A model generated the notes under the pieces. The model was not told the origin of the DNA. It was given only the letters and a program-made list of their open reading frames with translations, and did no database searches. Made by a program: the position numbers and the translations under genes. A DNA stretch of 63,465 nt, the filler included. It is 7 parts of 7 records of this genome, joined end to end, with 100 filler letters (N's around TTAATTAATTAA, not from the genome) between each part and the next. Parts side by side here need not be neighbours in the genome. Positions count along the whole stretch, not along the records: positions 1 to 14,039 come from SRR2962707_3717; positions 14,140 to 21,814 come from SRR2962707_3725; 5 more parts are not named here. One strand, given 5' to 3'. Each line of letters begins with the position of its first letter. Within the stretch, counting starts at the first letter, position 1. This document shows, piece by piece, positions 10,308 through 19,840 of the stretch.

Positions 10308-10323
10308 GTTAATGAACGCTAAA
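10308..10323 (-). promoter_or_regulatory. Candidate CtrA binding site upstream of the Hpt gene
   Basis: Minus strand TTTA-GCGTTCA-TTAAC versus TTAA-N7-TTAAC (one mismatch). Confidence 0.45.
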
Positions 10324-10326
10324 GGC

Positions 10327-11364
10327 TCAGGGCGCGAGGAGGCCCAGAAAGCGGTCGGCCTCCTCGGGCGCGGTCTGGAACGAGGTGACGAGGCGGATCG
10401 TCCGCGCCTCCGCGCCATCGCCGGGCATGTGCCAAGGGTGGAAACGCGCCCCGCCATCCTTCAGCCGCGCGACGGCGGCCACGGGCAGGCGGACGAAGAT
10501 TTCGTTTGCCTCCGGGGTCACCTGCAACACCGCGCCGGGCACACCCGCCAGGCCCGAGGCCAGCCGCTCCGTCATCGCATTGGCATGGCGCGCGAGACGG
10601 AGCCAGAGATCGTCCGCGAGATAGGCTTCGAGCTGCGCGGAGAGGAAGCGCATCTTGGAGAGAAGATGCCCTGCCCGCTTGCGGCGGAAGGCGAGATCGT
10701 GCGCGAGGGCGGGATTGAAGACGACAACCGCCTCGGCGGCGAGGGCGCCATTCTTCGTCGCGCCGAAGGAGAGGATGTCGATACCCGCCTTCCACGTCAT
10801 TTCGGCAGGCGTGCAACCGAGACGCACCAGCGCATTGGCAAACCGCGCGCCGTCCATATGAACATGCAGCGCCCGTTCGCGCGCGACTTCGACAAGCGCG
10901 CCGATCTCGGCCAGCGAATAGACGGTGCCGAGCTCGGTCGATTGCGTGAGCGTCAGCGCGGCGGGCTGGACGTGATGCACGACGCCCGCGGGATAAGCAT
11001 CGAGCACCGCGGCGACAGCGACCGGATCGAGTTTCGCTCCCGCGCCGCCGGCGGGAAGGAGCTTCGCCCCGCCCGAAAACATTTCCGGCGCGCCGCATTC
11101 GTCGAGATGAACATGCGCAAGTTCGTGGCAGACCATTGCGCCATGTGGCGGCGTCAGCGCCGCGAGCGAGAGCGCGTTGGCAGCCGTGCCGGTAACGACG
11201 GGAAATATCTCGACCTCATGCTCGAATATTTCCGAAAGCCGCTGCCGCAGGCGCGCCGTGACATCGTCCGCGCCATAGGAGGCCGCCGTGCCGCCATTCG
11301 CGCGCGCCAGCGCCTCCAGTATTTCCGGCGCTGCGCCCGCCGCATTGTCGCTCGTGAAATCCAT
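10327..11364 (-). CDS. ltaE: Low-specificity L-threonine aldolase (PLP-dependent)
   Basis: Start ATG 11364 MDFTSDN; TGTAANAL, HLDECGAPE, TELGTVY, HMDGARFANA, PLP lysine in SFGATKNG. Confidence 0.9.
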   Translation of the reverse strand: MDFTSDNAAGAAPEILEALARANGGTAASYGADDVTARLRQRLSEIFEHEVEIFPVVTGTAANALSLAALTPPHGAMVCHELAHVHLDECGAPEMFSGGAKLLPAGGAGAKLDPVAVAAVLDAYPAGVVHHVQPAALTLTQSTELGTVYSLAEIGALVEVARERALHVHMDGARFANALVRLGCTPAEMTWKAGIDILSFGATKNGALAAEAVVVFNPALAHDLAFRRKRAGHLLSKMRFLSAQLEAYLADDLWLRLARHANAMTERLASGLAGVPGAVLQVTPEANEIFVRLPVAAVARLKDGGARFHPWHMPGDGAEARTIRLVTSFQTAPEEADRFLGLLAP

Positions 11365-11423
11365 GGCCGTTCCTTCCGCGAAGCGCGGATCGTAGCGAAG
11401 CGCACGGCCCGCGAGAAGCGGCG

Positions 11424-12290
11424 TCAGGCGACCGCTTCGACGCGGCCCGGATTGCCGGACCAGGCCCATGCCATGCTGGGCCGCGAGAGACCGAGCATCA
11501 TGCCGCCGAGCGTCTTGGGGTGCAGCCAGAGCTGATCGGAGGGGAGATGCGCAGCGCGATCCTCCGGCCGGTCGACGGTAAAGCCCGCACCCGCTGCCGC
11601 TGCACGCTCCTGAATGAGATTGATGCGGCGCGTTTCGGCGAAGGCCATGTAGAGGCTCTGCCCGAGTTTGCGGAAATAGCGGTCCATGGTCGTGTCCGGC
11701 GCTGTCGGCTCGATTACTTCGAGCCGGTCGAGCTTGTCCTTCTCGAACAGGGTCAGCGTGCCGCGATAGCCGAAGATGTCGGAAACGATCTCGGTGTAGT
11801 TGCTGCCGTCGAGGCCGAACAACGTGTTGAGCGCGCGCGTGACGCCGCTCGTATCGTCGGACAACAGCGTCGCCTCATAGAAGAAGTCGATATCGCCAAC
11901 TTTAGGGAGTGTCTCGTCCTCGCTGACGACGACGCGAAGCCCCTCGATGCCTGTATCGCTCATACCAAGATGAAGCTGGCCTCCTTCACGCAGAGGCGAG
12001 ACGCCCCTGCCCTTGAGATGCGCCTCAAGCGCGGCATGGTCCGGCGCCGCCGCCCCCGCCGCATAAAGATGAGCCCCGCGCGCGGCGACCGCATCGGCGA
12101 CCGGCCCGGCCCCGTCCGGCGTCAGCAATTCGACCCAGCCCGTGCCCGCGCGAAGCCGGAGCCGCCGCGCGGCGAGCCCCCCGATCCGGTCCTCGCCGGC
12201 GGGTTCGGCACCGAGCAAATCGATCCAGCCTCGGGCTGCCGCCTTCGCATCCGGCACCGCGAGCTGCACCCTGTCGATCCTGCTGAGCAT
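11424..12290 (-). CDS. Two-domain VOC/glyoxalase-like protein
   Basis: Start ATG 12290 with GGAGGGG RBS; IDRVQLAV, VELLTP, LEVIEP, LWLHPKTLGGMMLGL resemble the methylmalonyl-CoA epimerase/VOC fold. Confidence 0.65.
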   Translation of the reverse strand: MLSRIDRVQLAVPDAKAAARGWIDLLGAEPAGEDRIGGLAARRLRLRAGTGWVELLTPDGAGPVADAVAARGAHLYAAGAAAPDHAALEAHLKGRGVSPLREGGQLHLGMSDTGIEGLRVVVSEDETLPKVGDIDFFYEATLLSDDTSGVTRALNTLFGLDGSNYTEIVSDIFGYRGTLTLFEKDKLDRLEVIEPTAPDTTMDRYFRKLGQSLYMAFAETRRINLIQERAAAAGAGFTVDRPEDRAAHLPSDQLWLHPKTLGGMMLGLSRPSMAWAWSGNPGRVEAVA

Positions 12291-12426
12291 GAGCCCCTCC
12301 CTTATTGTTGGACCGGACGCTCCAAAGCGGCGGAAATCCGGCCTTTCCGGCAGAATGGCAGAGGCAAGACACAAGGGAAACTGCCAAGAAATTCGCCATA
12401 ATCAAAGTTGCGAACGATTCGAAGCT

Positions 12427-12449
12427 ATAGGTCAGCATTCCTGTCTTAT
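12427..12449. promoter_or_regulatory. Imperfect palindrome, candidate regulator site upstream of gltB
   Basis: ATAGGTCAG-CATTC-CTGTCTTAT (7 of 9 positions complementary) in the AT-rich part of the intergenic region. Confidence 0.45.
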
Positions 12450-12929
12450 TTGCTTGATTCAGGAGCCCGGGTTTGGCATGATCCACGGGCTGGGAAAGCA
12501 CCGCTTTCCCGGTATAGAAGGTCGGCCGGAAAGTGGCGGTCCGGCCTGCCTGTAAGCCTCCGCTCCGGGCAATAGGAGCACCCAGCAGAAAGCTCCGTCG
12601 GAGATGGCGGCACTGCACGGGTATGCAAGAGCGCCGATGGCCGGTTTGACGGCGTGGCGCCCGGGCGTGCCGGGAAGCGGATCGCGAAAGCGGCCCGCCG
12701 GTGAGTTGTCTCGCCGGATTTTCCGGATGGGACTTTTGCGATAACGCGTGCGGTCCGCTAGCGTCCCCCGCCCCGAGGAATCGGGGCACCGGCCGGAACG
12801 GCTCAGGGGGAGGGGCGGCGCGCGGGTTGCCGGGCCGGTACGGCACCGGGTTCAAGACGACAAGAGGCGGCTCGCGCTTCTGGCCGGAAAGAAACGGCGA
12901 TGCGGGTCAGGGTGAAGGATGGGAAGGCT

Positions 12930-14039
12930 ATGACGCAGACGCGGGACGAAAACGGCCGGAAGGCGGCCTGGCATGTGGCGGGACTTCCCGCCGCGCAGGG
13001 CCTTTACGACCCCCGTAACGAGCACGATGCCTGCGGCATCGGCTTCATTGCGAACATCCACAACCGAAAATCCCACAAGATGATTCAGGACGGCCTGAAG
13101 ATTCTCGAGAACCTCGAGCATCGCGGCGCCGTCGGAGCGGACCCGAAGGCCGGCGACGGCGCGGGCATTCTGATCCAGATGCCGGACGCCTTCTTCCGCA
13201 AGGAAGCGAAGAAGCTCGGCGTCGAACTGCCCGAAGAAGGCCATTATGGCGTCGGCATGCTCTTCGTGCCGAAGGCGGAAGACGCGCGCGCGAAGATCGT
13301 CGCACTCGTGAACAAGATCGTCGCCGAGGAAGGCCAGACCCTTCTCGGCTGGCGCGACGTGCCTGTCGACAACAGCGACCTCGGCGAAAGCGTGATCCCG
13401 ACGGAACCGCATCACATGCAGGTTTTCGTCGCGCGCTCGGCCGACTGCGCCGATCAGGACGCGTTCGAGCGCAAGCTCTTCGTGATCCGCAAGCGCGTCT
13501 TCAACACGCTGCTGGCGGAAGAAGGCCACGTGCCGGAGGAACTCTATATTCCTTCCTTCTCCTCGCGCACCATCGTCTACAAGGGCATGCTGCTCGCAGC
13601 GCAGGTCGGCCAGTACTACAAGGACCTGGCGGACCCCGAGATGACGACGGCGCTCGCCCTCGTTCATCAGCGCTTTTCGACCAACACCTTCCCGACCTGG
13701 AGCCTCGCGCATCCCTTCCGCATGATCTGCCACAATGGCGAGATCAACACGAAGCGCGGCAACGTGAACTGGCTCGCGGCGCGCTATGCGACGATGGAGT
13801 CGGAGCTTCTCGGCGAAGACATCAAGAAGATCTGGCCGATTGCCGTTCACGAGCAGTCGGACACGGCCTGCTTCGACAATGCCCTCGAACTTCTCGTCAT
13901 GGGCGGCTACTCGCTCACCCATGCGATGATGATGCTCATTCCCGAAGCCTGGTCCGGCAACCCGCTCATGGATGACGAGCGCCGCGCCTTCTACGAGTAT
14001 CACGCAGCCCTGATGGAGCCGTGGGACGGCCCCGCCGCC
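12930..14039 (+). CDS. gltB: Glutamate synthase large subunit, 3' truncated
   Basis: GLYDPRNEHDACGIGF (N-terminal nucleophile Cys), LEHRGAVGAD, GDGAG, HQRFSTNTFP, HNGEINT, MEPWDGPA. Confidence 0.96.
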
Positions 14040-14139
14040 NNNNNNNNNNNNNNNNNNNNNNNNNNNNNNNNNNNNNNNNNNNNTTAATTAATTAANNNNN
14101 NNNNNNNNNNNNNNNNNNNNNNNNNNNNNNNNNNNNNNN
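14040..14139. other. Artificial contig-joining spacer 1
   Basis: N-run + TTAATTAATTAA (stops in all six frames) + N-run; sharp GC drop after it. Confidence 0.98.
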
Positions 14140-14140
14140 C

Positions 14141-14674
14141 GAAAGAGATGGGTATAGCAGCAGTATTGTAAGATTAAAATCAGGACGAACCCTTGACCTC
14201 AGAGGTACCAACGATGTGGATGACGACAATAAAGGAATCATTGTTACCGTAAAAGGGCTTGGAAGAGTAGATATTGAGTGGGATGATTTTGATCGCGTGA
14301 CATTCCGGGATGCTCCCAATAGTGGCCCATCATACAGCTCATTCGCATCACCAAAGAAAATCCGTGGAGTCGTGGAAGTTGATAATGGAGATCGTCACTC
14401 CGGTGAAATCATTTTCGATCTGGATGAAGAGTACACGTTTGAACTACTTAACGGTGAAAAGGATGATACAAAATTTATTATTCCATTTAGCAACATTTCT
14501 GAGATCAGACCCATCAGATCAGATGAGTCGGAGATTACACTAAAAAGTGGAGATCGGATTACTCTAGAGGATGGACAGGACGTAAGTGAGAAAAATCTAG
14601 GTGTACTGATCAAAACCAACTCGGAAAGAGTGTATGTACCCTGGGATAGGGTAAGGCGAATCTCACTGGACTAA
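14141..14674 (+). CDS. Hypothetical protein with internal repeat, 5' truncated
   Basis: Frame is open from the contig start (ERDGYSSSIVRLKSG...); two similar ~48-aa units: LKSG..L....DV...N.G......RV...WD. Confidence 0.75.
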   Translation, partial: ERDGYSSSIVRLKSGRTLDLRGTNDVDDDNKGIIVTVKGLGRVDIEWDDFDRVTFRDAPNSGPSYSSFASPKKIRGVVEVDNGDRHSGEIIFDLDEEYTFELLNGEKDDTKFIIPFSNISEIRPIRSDESEITLKSGDRITLEDGQDVSEKNLGVLIKTNSERVYVPWDRVRRISLD

Positions 14675-14717
14675 CAAAAAGGACGACAACTAACTTAAAG
14701 GACAAAAACTCAATACC

Positions 14718-17156
14718 ATGTTAAAGAATTATCTAAATGTTGCCCTGCGCAACCTGTTTAAGCATAAGTTTTACTCACTAATCAATATTCTTGGTTTATC
14801 CGTAGGGCTCACTTGTTTTTTAATGATCTCACTCTACGTTGTAGATGAGCTCAGCTATGACAACTTCCACACAGATGCCGAACGGATTTACCGGATGGAT
14901 TTCAGTGGAAACATCAATGGATCAGAGTTCATAACAGCACTCGCCAGTGCACCAGCAGCTGAAACGATGATAGCAGAGTTTCCAGAAGTAGAAGATGCGG
15001 TCAGGCTGAGAAGCACAGGTAACTGGATCATCAAACGAAAAAACTCGGAAGATGCCTACAACGAGGACAAGGTGATCTTTGCTGATAAGAACTTCTTTAC
15101 ATTTTGGGATTTCGACCTTTCAGCTGGCAATACAGAAACGTGTCTGGAACGTCCCAACACCCTTGTGATTAGTCAATCACTTGCAACTAAAATTTTCGGA
15201 GATGAAGACCCGGTCGGTCAGATCATCATATTGGACAATGATGACGACTGGGAGGTAACAGGGGTTTACAAGGATATGCCTGAAAATTCACACTTCAGCT
15301 ATGAGATGCTTCTTTCCATGGAAAGCAGAGAAGAGTCAAAATCCAAGATGTGGATGAGTTTCAATTTTAATACGTACCTGAAACTTCAAGAGGGATACGA
15401 TCCCTCTCTTTTAGAGGCGAAATTTCCAAATTTAATTGAAAAATACATTGGCCCAGAAATTCAGAATTTCATGGGGGCTTCTCTGGAAGAGTTTTACGAA
15501 GCAGGAAACGATGCTGGTTTTTACCTGTTCCCTTTGTTAGACATACACCTCTACTCTGATAAATTGGGAGAACTTGCTGTGAATGGTGACATCAAATATG
15601 TATTGATCTTTACCGCCATCGCTTTGTTCATCCTCATCCTGGCATGCATCAACTTCATGAACCTTTCCACTGCCCGATCCGCCGGACGTGCCAAAGAAGT
15701 TGGTGTCAGAAAAGTAATGGGAGCGTATAAAAGCCAATTGAGGAAACAGTTTTTAACTGAGGCTTTTTTGATCACATTTATATCGATAATCATTGCATAT
15801 AGCCTATCATTCCTGCTGCTGGGTCAGTTCAACACTTTAGCTGATAAAGAGATGGCTTTCTATGGCCTCCTATCCCCTGCCTTCATTCTTATCATGACCG
15901 GTGTGCTTATCGTCGTTGGATTTCTGGCTGGAAGTTACCCGGCATTCTTTCTTTCCCGTTTCAGACCGGTTGAGGTTTTAAAAGGTAAACTCAACCTGGG
16001 ACTTAAAGGTGGTGGACTTAGAAGTACATTAGTTGTGTTGCAATTCTGTGTAAGTATCATCATGATTATTGGCACAGCCATCGTCTATCAACAGCTTTCC
16101 TACATTCAGAATAAAAAGCTTGGATACAGTAAAGATCATATCTTGATGATCCACGACCCCTGGTTGATGGGAGATAAAGCTGAATCATACAAAAACGAAG
16201 CTTTACAATTTTCCAATATCCTGACTGGTACAATGTCTAGTTTCTTGCCAGTGAATACTACAGATAACAATAATGCTTGGTTTCCTGGCTCTAATTCTAC
16301 CAAGAGCGAAACATATGTATTTCATGAATATCGGGTAGACCATGACTATATGGAAACGCTGGGTATTGAAATGAAAACCGGAAGAAGCTTTTCAAAAGAC
16401 TTTCCGAGTGATAGCTTGGCGGTAGTTATTAATGAAGCAGCTATGCATCGAATTGGATGGTCTGAAGAGGAAGCCATTGGGAAAACACTATCCACATTTG
16501 ACGGCTTCCAGGATAGTATTTATACCGTTTCGTATAAGGTCATTGGAGTTGTTAAAGATTTCAACTTCACCTCTCTCAAAGAGAAGATAGAACCACTCAT
16601 ATTTGAACTCGGGAGAAGTCGTGGATTCGTGTCCTTCAAAATTTCAAGTGAAGACATTCCTGCAACAATCAACTACTTGGAAGATAAATGGAATGAATTC
16701 GCACCAAGTCAACCATTCGCTTATAGCTTCCTTGACGATCGTTTTAATGAGATGTATGAGAATGAGCAAAAACTCGGAAAAATTTTCGGTGTATTTGCCT
16801 TCCTGGCCATTTTTATCGCTTGTTTAGGTCTTTATGGATTGGCTGCTTTTACAGCAGAGCAACGAAGGAAGGAGATTGGGGTAAGAAAAGTATTAGGAGC
16901 ATCTATTGCGAGCATCATCACTTTGCTATCAAAAGAGTTTTTGAAGCTTGTCGGAATTGCTTTTTTAATCGCTGCTCCAATTGCTTACTACTTTATGAGT
17001 GAGTGGCTGCAAGACTTTGAGAACAGAACCAATATCAATCTTATGGTTTTCATATTGGCTGGAGTAGTGGCTCTGGTGATTGCATGGGTCACCATGAGCT
17101 TCCAGTCATGGAATGCGGCACGGGTCAACCCTGCCAGATCATTAAAGGACGAATAA
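14718..17156 (+). CDS. ABC transporter permease, duplicated MacB/FtsX type (Bacteroidota expansion family)
   Basis: MLKNYLNVALRNL, DELSYDNFH, IL.LACINFMNLSTARS..RAKEVGVRK, AEQRRKEIGVRKVLGAS, NPARSLKDE. Confidence 0.92.
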   Translation: MLKNYLNVALRNLFKHKFYSLINILGLSVGLTCFLMISLYVVDELSYDNFHTDAERIYRMDFSGNINGSEFITALASAPAAETMIAEFPEVEDAVRLRSTGNWIIKRKNSEDAYNEDKVIFADKNFFTFWDFDLSAGNTETCLERPNTLVISQSLATKIFGDEDPVGQIIILDNDDDWEVTGVYKDMPENSHFSYEMLLSMESREESKSKMWMSFNFNTYLKLQEGYDPSLLEAKFPNLIEKYIGPEIQNFMGASLEEFYEAGNDAGFYLFPLLDIHLYSDKLGELAVNGDIKYVLIFTAIALFILILACINFMNLSTARSAGRAKEVGVRKVMGAYKSQLRKQFLTEAFLITFISIIIAYSLSFLLLGQFNTLADKEMAFYGLLSPAFILIMTGVLIVVGFLAGSYPAFFLSRFRPVEVLKGKLNLGLKGGGLRSTLVVLQFCVSIIMIIGTAIVYQQLSYIQNKKLGYSKDHILMIHDPWLMGDKAESYKNEALQFSNILTGTMSSFLPVNTTDNNNAWFPGSNSTKSETYVFHEYRVDHDYMETLGIEMKTGRSFSKDFPSDSLAVVINEAAMHRIGWSEEEAIGKTLSTFDGFQDSIYTVSYKVIGVVKDFNFTSLKEKIEPLIFELGRSRGFVSFKISSEDIPATINYLEDKWNEFAPSQPFAYSFLDDRFNEMYENEQKLGKIFGVFAFLAIFIACLGLYGLAAFTAEQRRKEIGVRKVLGASIASIITLLSKEFLKLVGIAFLIAAPIAYYFMSEWLQDFENRTNINLMVFILAGVVALVIAWVTMSFQSWNAARVNPARSLKDE

Positions 17157-17175
17157 TTTCACCTACTCTACTATG

Positions 17176-17209
17176 AGGCCTGTCCGCCAACTGGCGGATA
17201 GGCTTTTTT
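17176..17209 (+). terminator. Hairpin with U-tract between the two permease genes; core palindrome TCCGCCAACTGGCGGA
   Basis: AGGCCTGTCCGCCA-AC-TGGCGGATAGGCTTTTTT. Confidence 0.7.
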
Positions 17210-17266
17210 ACCGAAAGCAACCATCTGTCTCAAAAGGCATCATTAACACAACTAACACCTACTACT

Positions 17267-19699
17267 ATGCTCAAAAACTATTTCAACGTTGCACTAAGAA
17301 ATCTTTTAAAGCATAAATTCTATTCATTACTCAACGTAATTGGATTATCCATCGGCCTAGCCTGTTTCATGCTCATTTCACTTTTTGTAAAAGATGAGTT
17401 GAGCTATGACACCCACTTCGAAGGGGCTGAAAGAATCTATCGTGTAGATTTTGGTGCAACCCTTAACGGATCAGACCATATCTCAGCACAAGTCGGGGCT
17501 CCCACTGCACTCGCATTAAAAACAGACTACCCTGAGGTAGAAGATGCTGTGCGATTTAGAGAAACTGGAAATTGGTTTGTGAAACGAAAAGGTCAGACTG
17601 AAACTTTTAAGGAAGAACATGTCTTAATGGCTGATTCAAACATGTTCAAATTTTTCTCTTTGGATCTGGTCTATGGAGATGTCGAGACAGCATTGAACAG
17701 ACCAAATACATTAGTCATTGATCTCACCACTTCAAAAAAGATTTTTGGTGACATCAATCCCATTGGAGAGGTATTGGTGCTTGATAATCAAACAGACTAT
17801 GAAGTAACAGGTGTTTATCAGGACATTCCAAAAAACACGCACTTTCATCACAACATGATGCTATCGATGAGCACGTTTGACTGGGCGAATAATCAAAACT
17901 GGCTAAGCACTAATTTCAATACTTATGTAAAGGTGAAAAAAGGCACACCGGGAGAAGTGCTTGAGGCTAAGTTTCCCGGTATGATCCAAACGTATTGCGC
18001 TCCATTAATTGAGCAGTTTCTCAACATGAACATGGAGGAATTTAGAAATAGTGGAAACGCAGTGGGTTTCTCACTTTTTCCGATGACTGACATTCACCTG
18101 AACTCCAATAAAGAAGGCGATTTGGAGGCGAATGGCGATCTTAAATATGTATTTATCTTCTCCGCTGTTGGTCTTTTTATATTGATTCTGGCCTGTATCA
18201 ACTTCATGAATCTGGCTACAGCAAGATCAGCCAACAGGGCCAAAGAAGTGGGAGTGCGAAAAGCAATGGGTGCCAGAAAAAAACAACTCATTAATCAGTT
18301 CGTTTCAGAAGCACTATTGATTTCTGTTTTGGCCTTCCTTATTGCCTTTCTAATTTCATTTTTGTCTATCCCCTCTTTTAATACGCTAGCTTCAAAAGAA
18401 TTAAGTTTCTTAAGCCTTCTGGACGGTTCATTCGTTTTGTTTATGCTGGGTGTTATGATTCTGGTAGGGCTACTAGCCGGAAGTTATCCCGCATTCTACA
18501 TGTCCATGTTCAGGCCTGTTGAGGTGCTGAAAGGGACGATTAGACATGGAATGAAAAGTGGACCCATTCGTAGCGCACTCGTTATTTTTCAATTTGCCAT
18601 TTCCATTATCATGATCATTGGAACAGCCATTGTTTTTGATCAATTATCCTTCATCCAGAATAAAAAACTGGGATATGAAAAAGATCAGATTCTTATGGTC
18701 AATGACACCTGGATTCTACGTGATCAGGTAAATGCTTACAAAGACGAAGCTTCACGAAATGCGAATGTAATCAGTAGCACAATCGCCAGCTTCACCCCTA
18801 TGGGTAACACCAACAACTCGGACCTGTACTTTAAAAATGCCAGCGCCGCATCGGATGAGAGCCTGGTGATCAGCATTGCTGTAGTAGATCATGATTTTGC
18901 TAACACGATGGGAATTGAAATCAAAGAAGGTAGATATTTCTCAGAAGATTTTGCCAGTGACTCCACTGCAGTACTTATCAACGAGACAGCTGCCAGAAAT
19001 TTCGGCTATGATGAACCTGTGGGATCAATGATTTACAACTATGGTGGTTCCAATGACAATCCGGTGGTAGACGGGTATAAGATCATCGGGGTAGTGAGTG
19101 ACTTCCATTTTAAATCACTTCGTAGTAATATAGAACCACTGGTTATGCACCTGGGACAAAATGCCGGGTTTGGTTTGTTCAAAATCCAAATGGAGAATGC
19201 CGATGAAACGATTGATTACCTGGAAGCCACCTGGGATAAGTTTGCTCCCGGACAGCCATTTGAATATCAATTCATGAATCAGCAATTCAATGCAATGTAT
19301 GAGTCCGAAAACAAAGTAGGTAAAATTTTTACCGTTTTTGCCATACTTACCATATTCATTGCATGTCTGGGGTTGTTTGGTCTGGCGGCCTTTACAGCGG
19401 AGCAAAAGACCAAAGAAATCGGCATCCGAAAAACATTAGGAGCATCGATTCCAAGTATTGTCAATTTATTATCAAAAAACTTCCTCAAACTCATTGTGGT
19501 GGCCTTAGTCATCGCCATCCCTGTTGCTTCATTTGCTATGAGTTATTGGTTGGAAGCTTTTGCTTACCGAACAAACCTCAAACCTTCAACCTATATCATT
19601 TCCGGACTAATCGCGATTGCAATAGCCTGGGTGACGATAAGTTTTCAATCATGGAAGGCTGCACGGATCAATCCGGCACAATCGTTAAAAGATGAGTAA
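17267..19699 (+). CDS. ABC transporter permease, duplicated MacB/FtsX type (paralog of the upstream gene)
   Basis: Same motifs and near-identical length (810 vs 812 aa). Confidence 0.92.
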   Translation: MLKNYFNVALRNLLKHKFYSLLNVIGLSIGLACFMLISLFVKDELSYDTHFEGAERIYRVDFGATLNGSDHISAQVGAPTALALKTDYPEVEDAVRFRETGNWFVKRKGQTETFKEEHVLMADSNMFKFFSLDLVYGDVETALNRPNTLVIDLTTSKKIFGDINPIGEVLVLDNQTDYEVTGVYQDIPKNTHFHHNMMLSMSTFDWANNQNWLSTNFNTYVKVKKGTPGEVLEAKFPGMIQTYCAPLIEQFLNMNMEEFRNSGNAVGFSLFPMTDIHLNSNKEGDLEANGDLKYVFIFSAVGLFILILACINFMNLATARSANRAKEVGVRKAMGARKKQLINQFVSEALLISVLAFLIAFLISFLSIPSFNTLASKELSFLSLLDGSFVLFMLGVMILVGLLAGSYPAFYMSMFRPVEVLKGTIRHGMKSGPIRSALVIFQFAISIIMIIGTAIVFDQLSFIQNKKLGYEKDQILMVNDTWILRDQVNAYKDEASRNANVISSTIASFTPMGNTNNSDLYFKNASAASDESLVISIAVVDHDFANTMGIEIKEGRYFSEDFASDSTAVLINETAARNFGYDEPVGSMIYNYGGSNDNPVVDGYKIIGVVSDFHFKSLRSNIEPLVMHLGQNAGFGLFKIQMENADETIDYLEATWDKFAPGQPFEYQFMNQQFNAMYESENKVGKIFTVFAILTIFIACLGLFGLAAFTAEQKTKEIGIRKTLGASIPSIVNLLSKNFLKLIVVALVIAIPVASFAMSYWLEAFAYRTNLKPSTYIISGLIAIAIAWVTISFQSWKAARINPAQSLKDE

Positions 19700-19734
19700 T
19701 AGATGTTTAATCATTTGATAATATCATTAAACGC

Positions 19735-19762
19735 TTTTCCACATATCCACAAGTTATCAACA
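19735..19762 (+). promoter_or_regulatory. Cluster of three DnaA-box-like 9-mers upstream of dnaE
   Basis: TTTTCCACA (19735), ATATCCACA (19743), TTATCAACA (19754); each one mismatch from TTATCCACA. Confidence 0.55.
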
Positions 19763-19787
19763 GCCTCGATTCTTCGGGGCTTTTTTT
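19762..19787 (+). terminator. Intrinsic terminator after the permease pair
   Basis: AGCCTCGA-TTCT-TCGGGGCT-TTTTTT. Confidence 0.7.
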
Positions 19788-19840
19788 GCACGCTATCGGC
19801 TGGCTTTATGTTATTTTGAAAAGGAATATAAGCCACCTCT

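Noticed and set aside
12472..12492. TTGGCATG as a sigma54 -24 element for gltB
   Set aside because: No TTGC/GC at the -12 position
14084..14095. Recurring TTAATTAATTAA motif as a biological repeat
   Set aside because: Always centred in N-runs of identical layout; a standard six-frame-stop assembly linker
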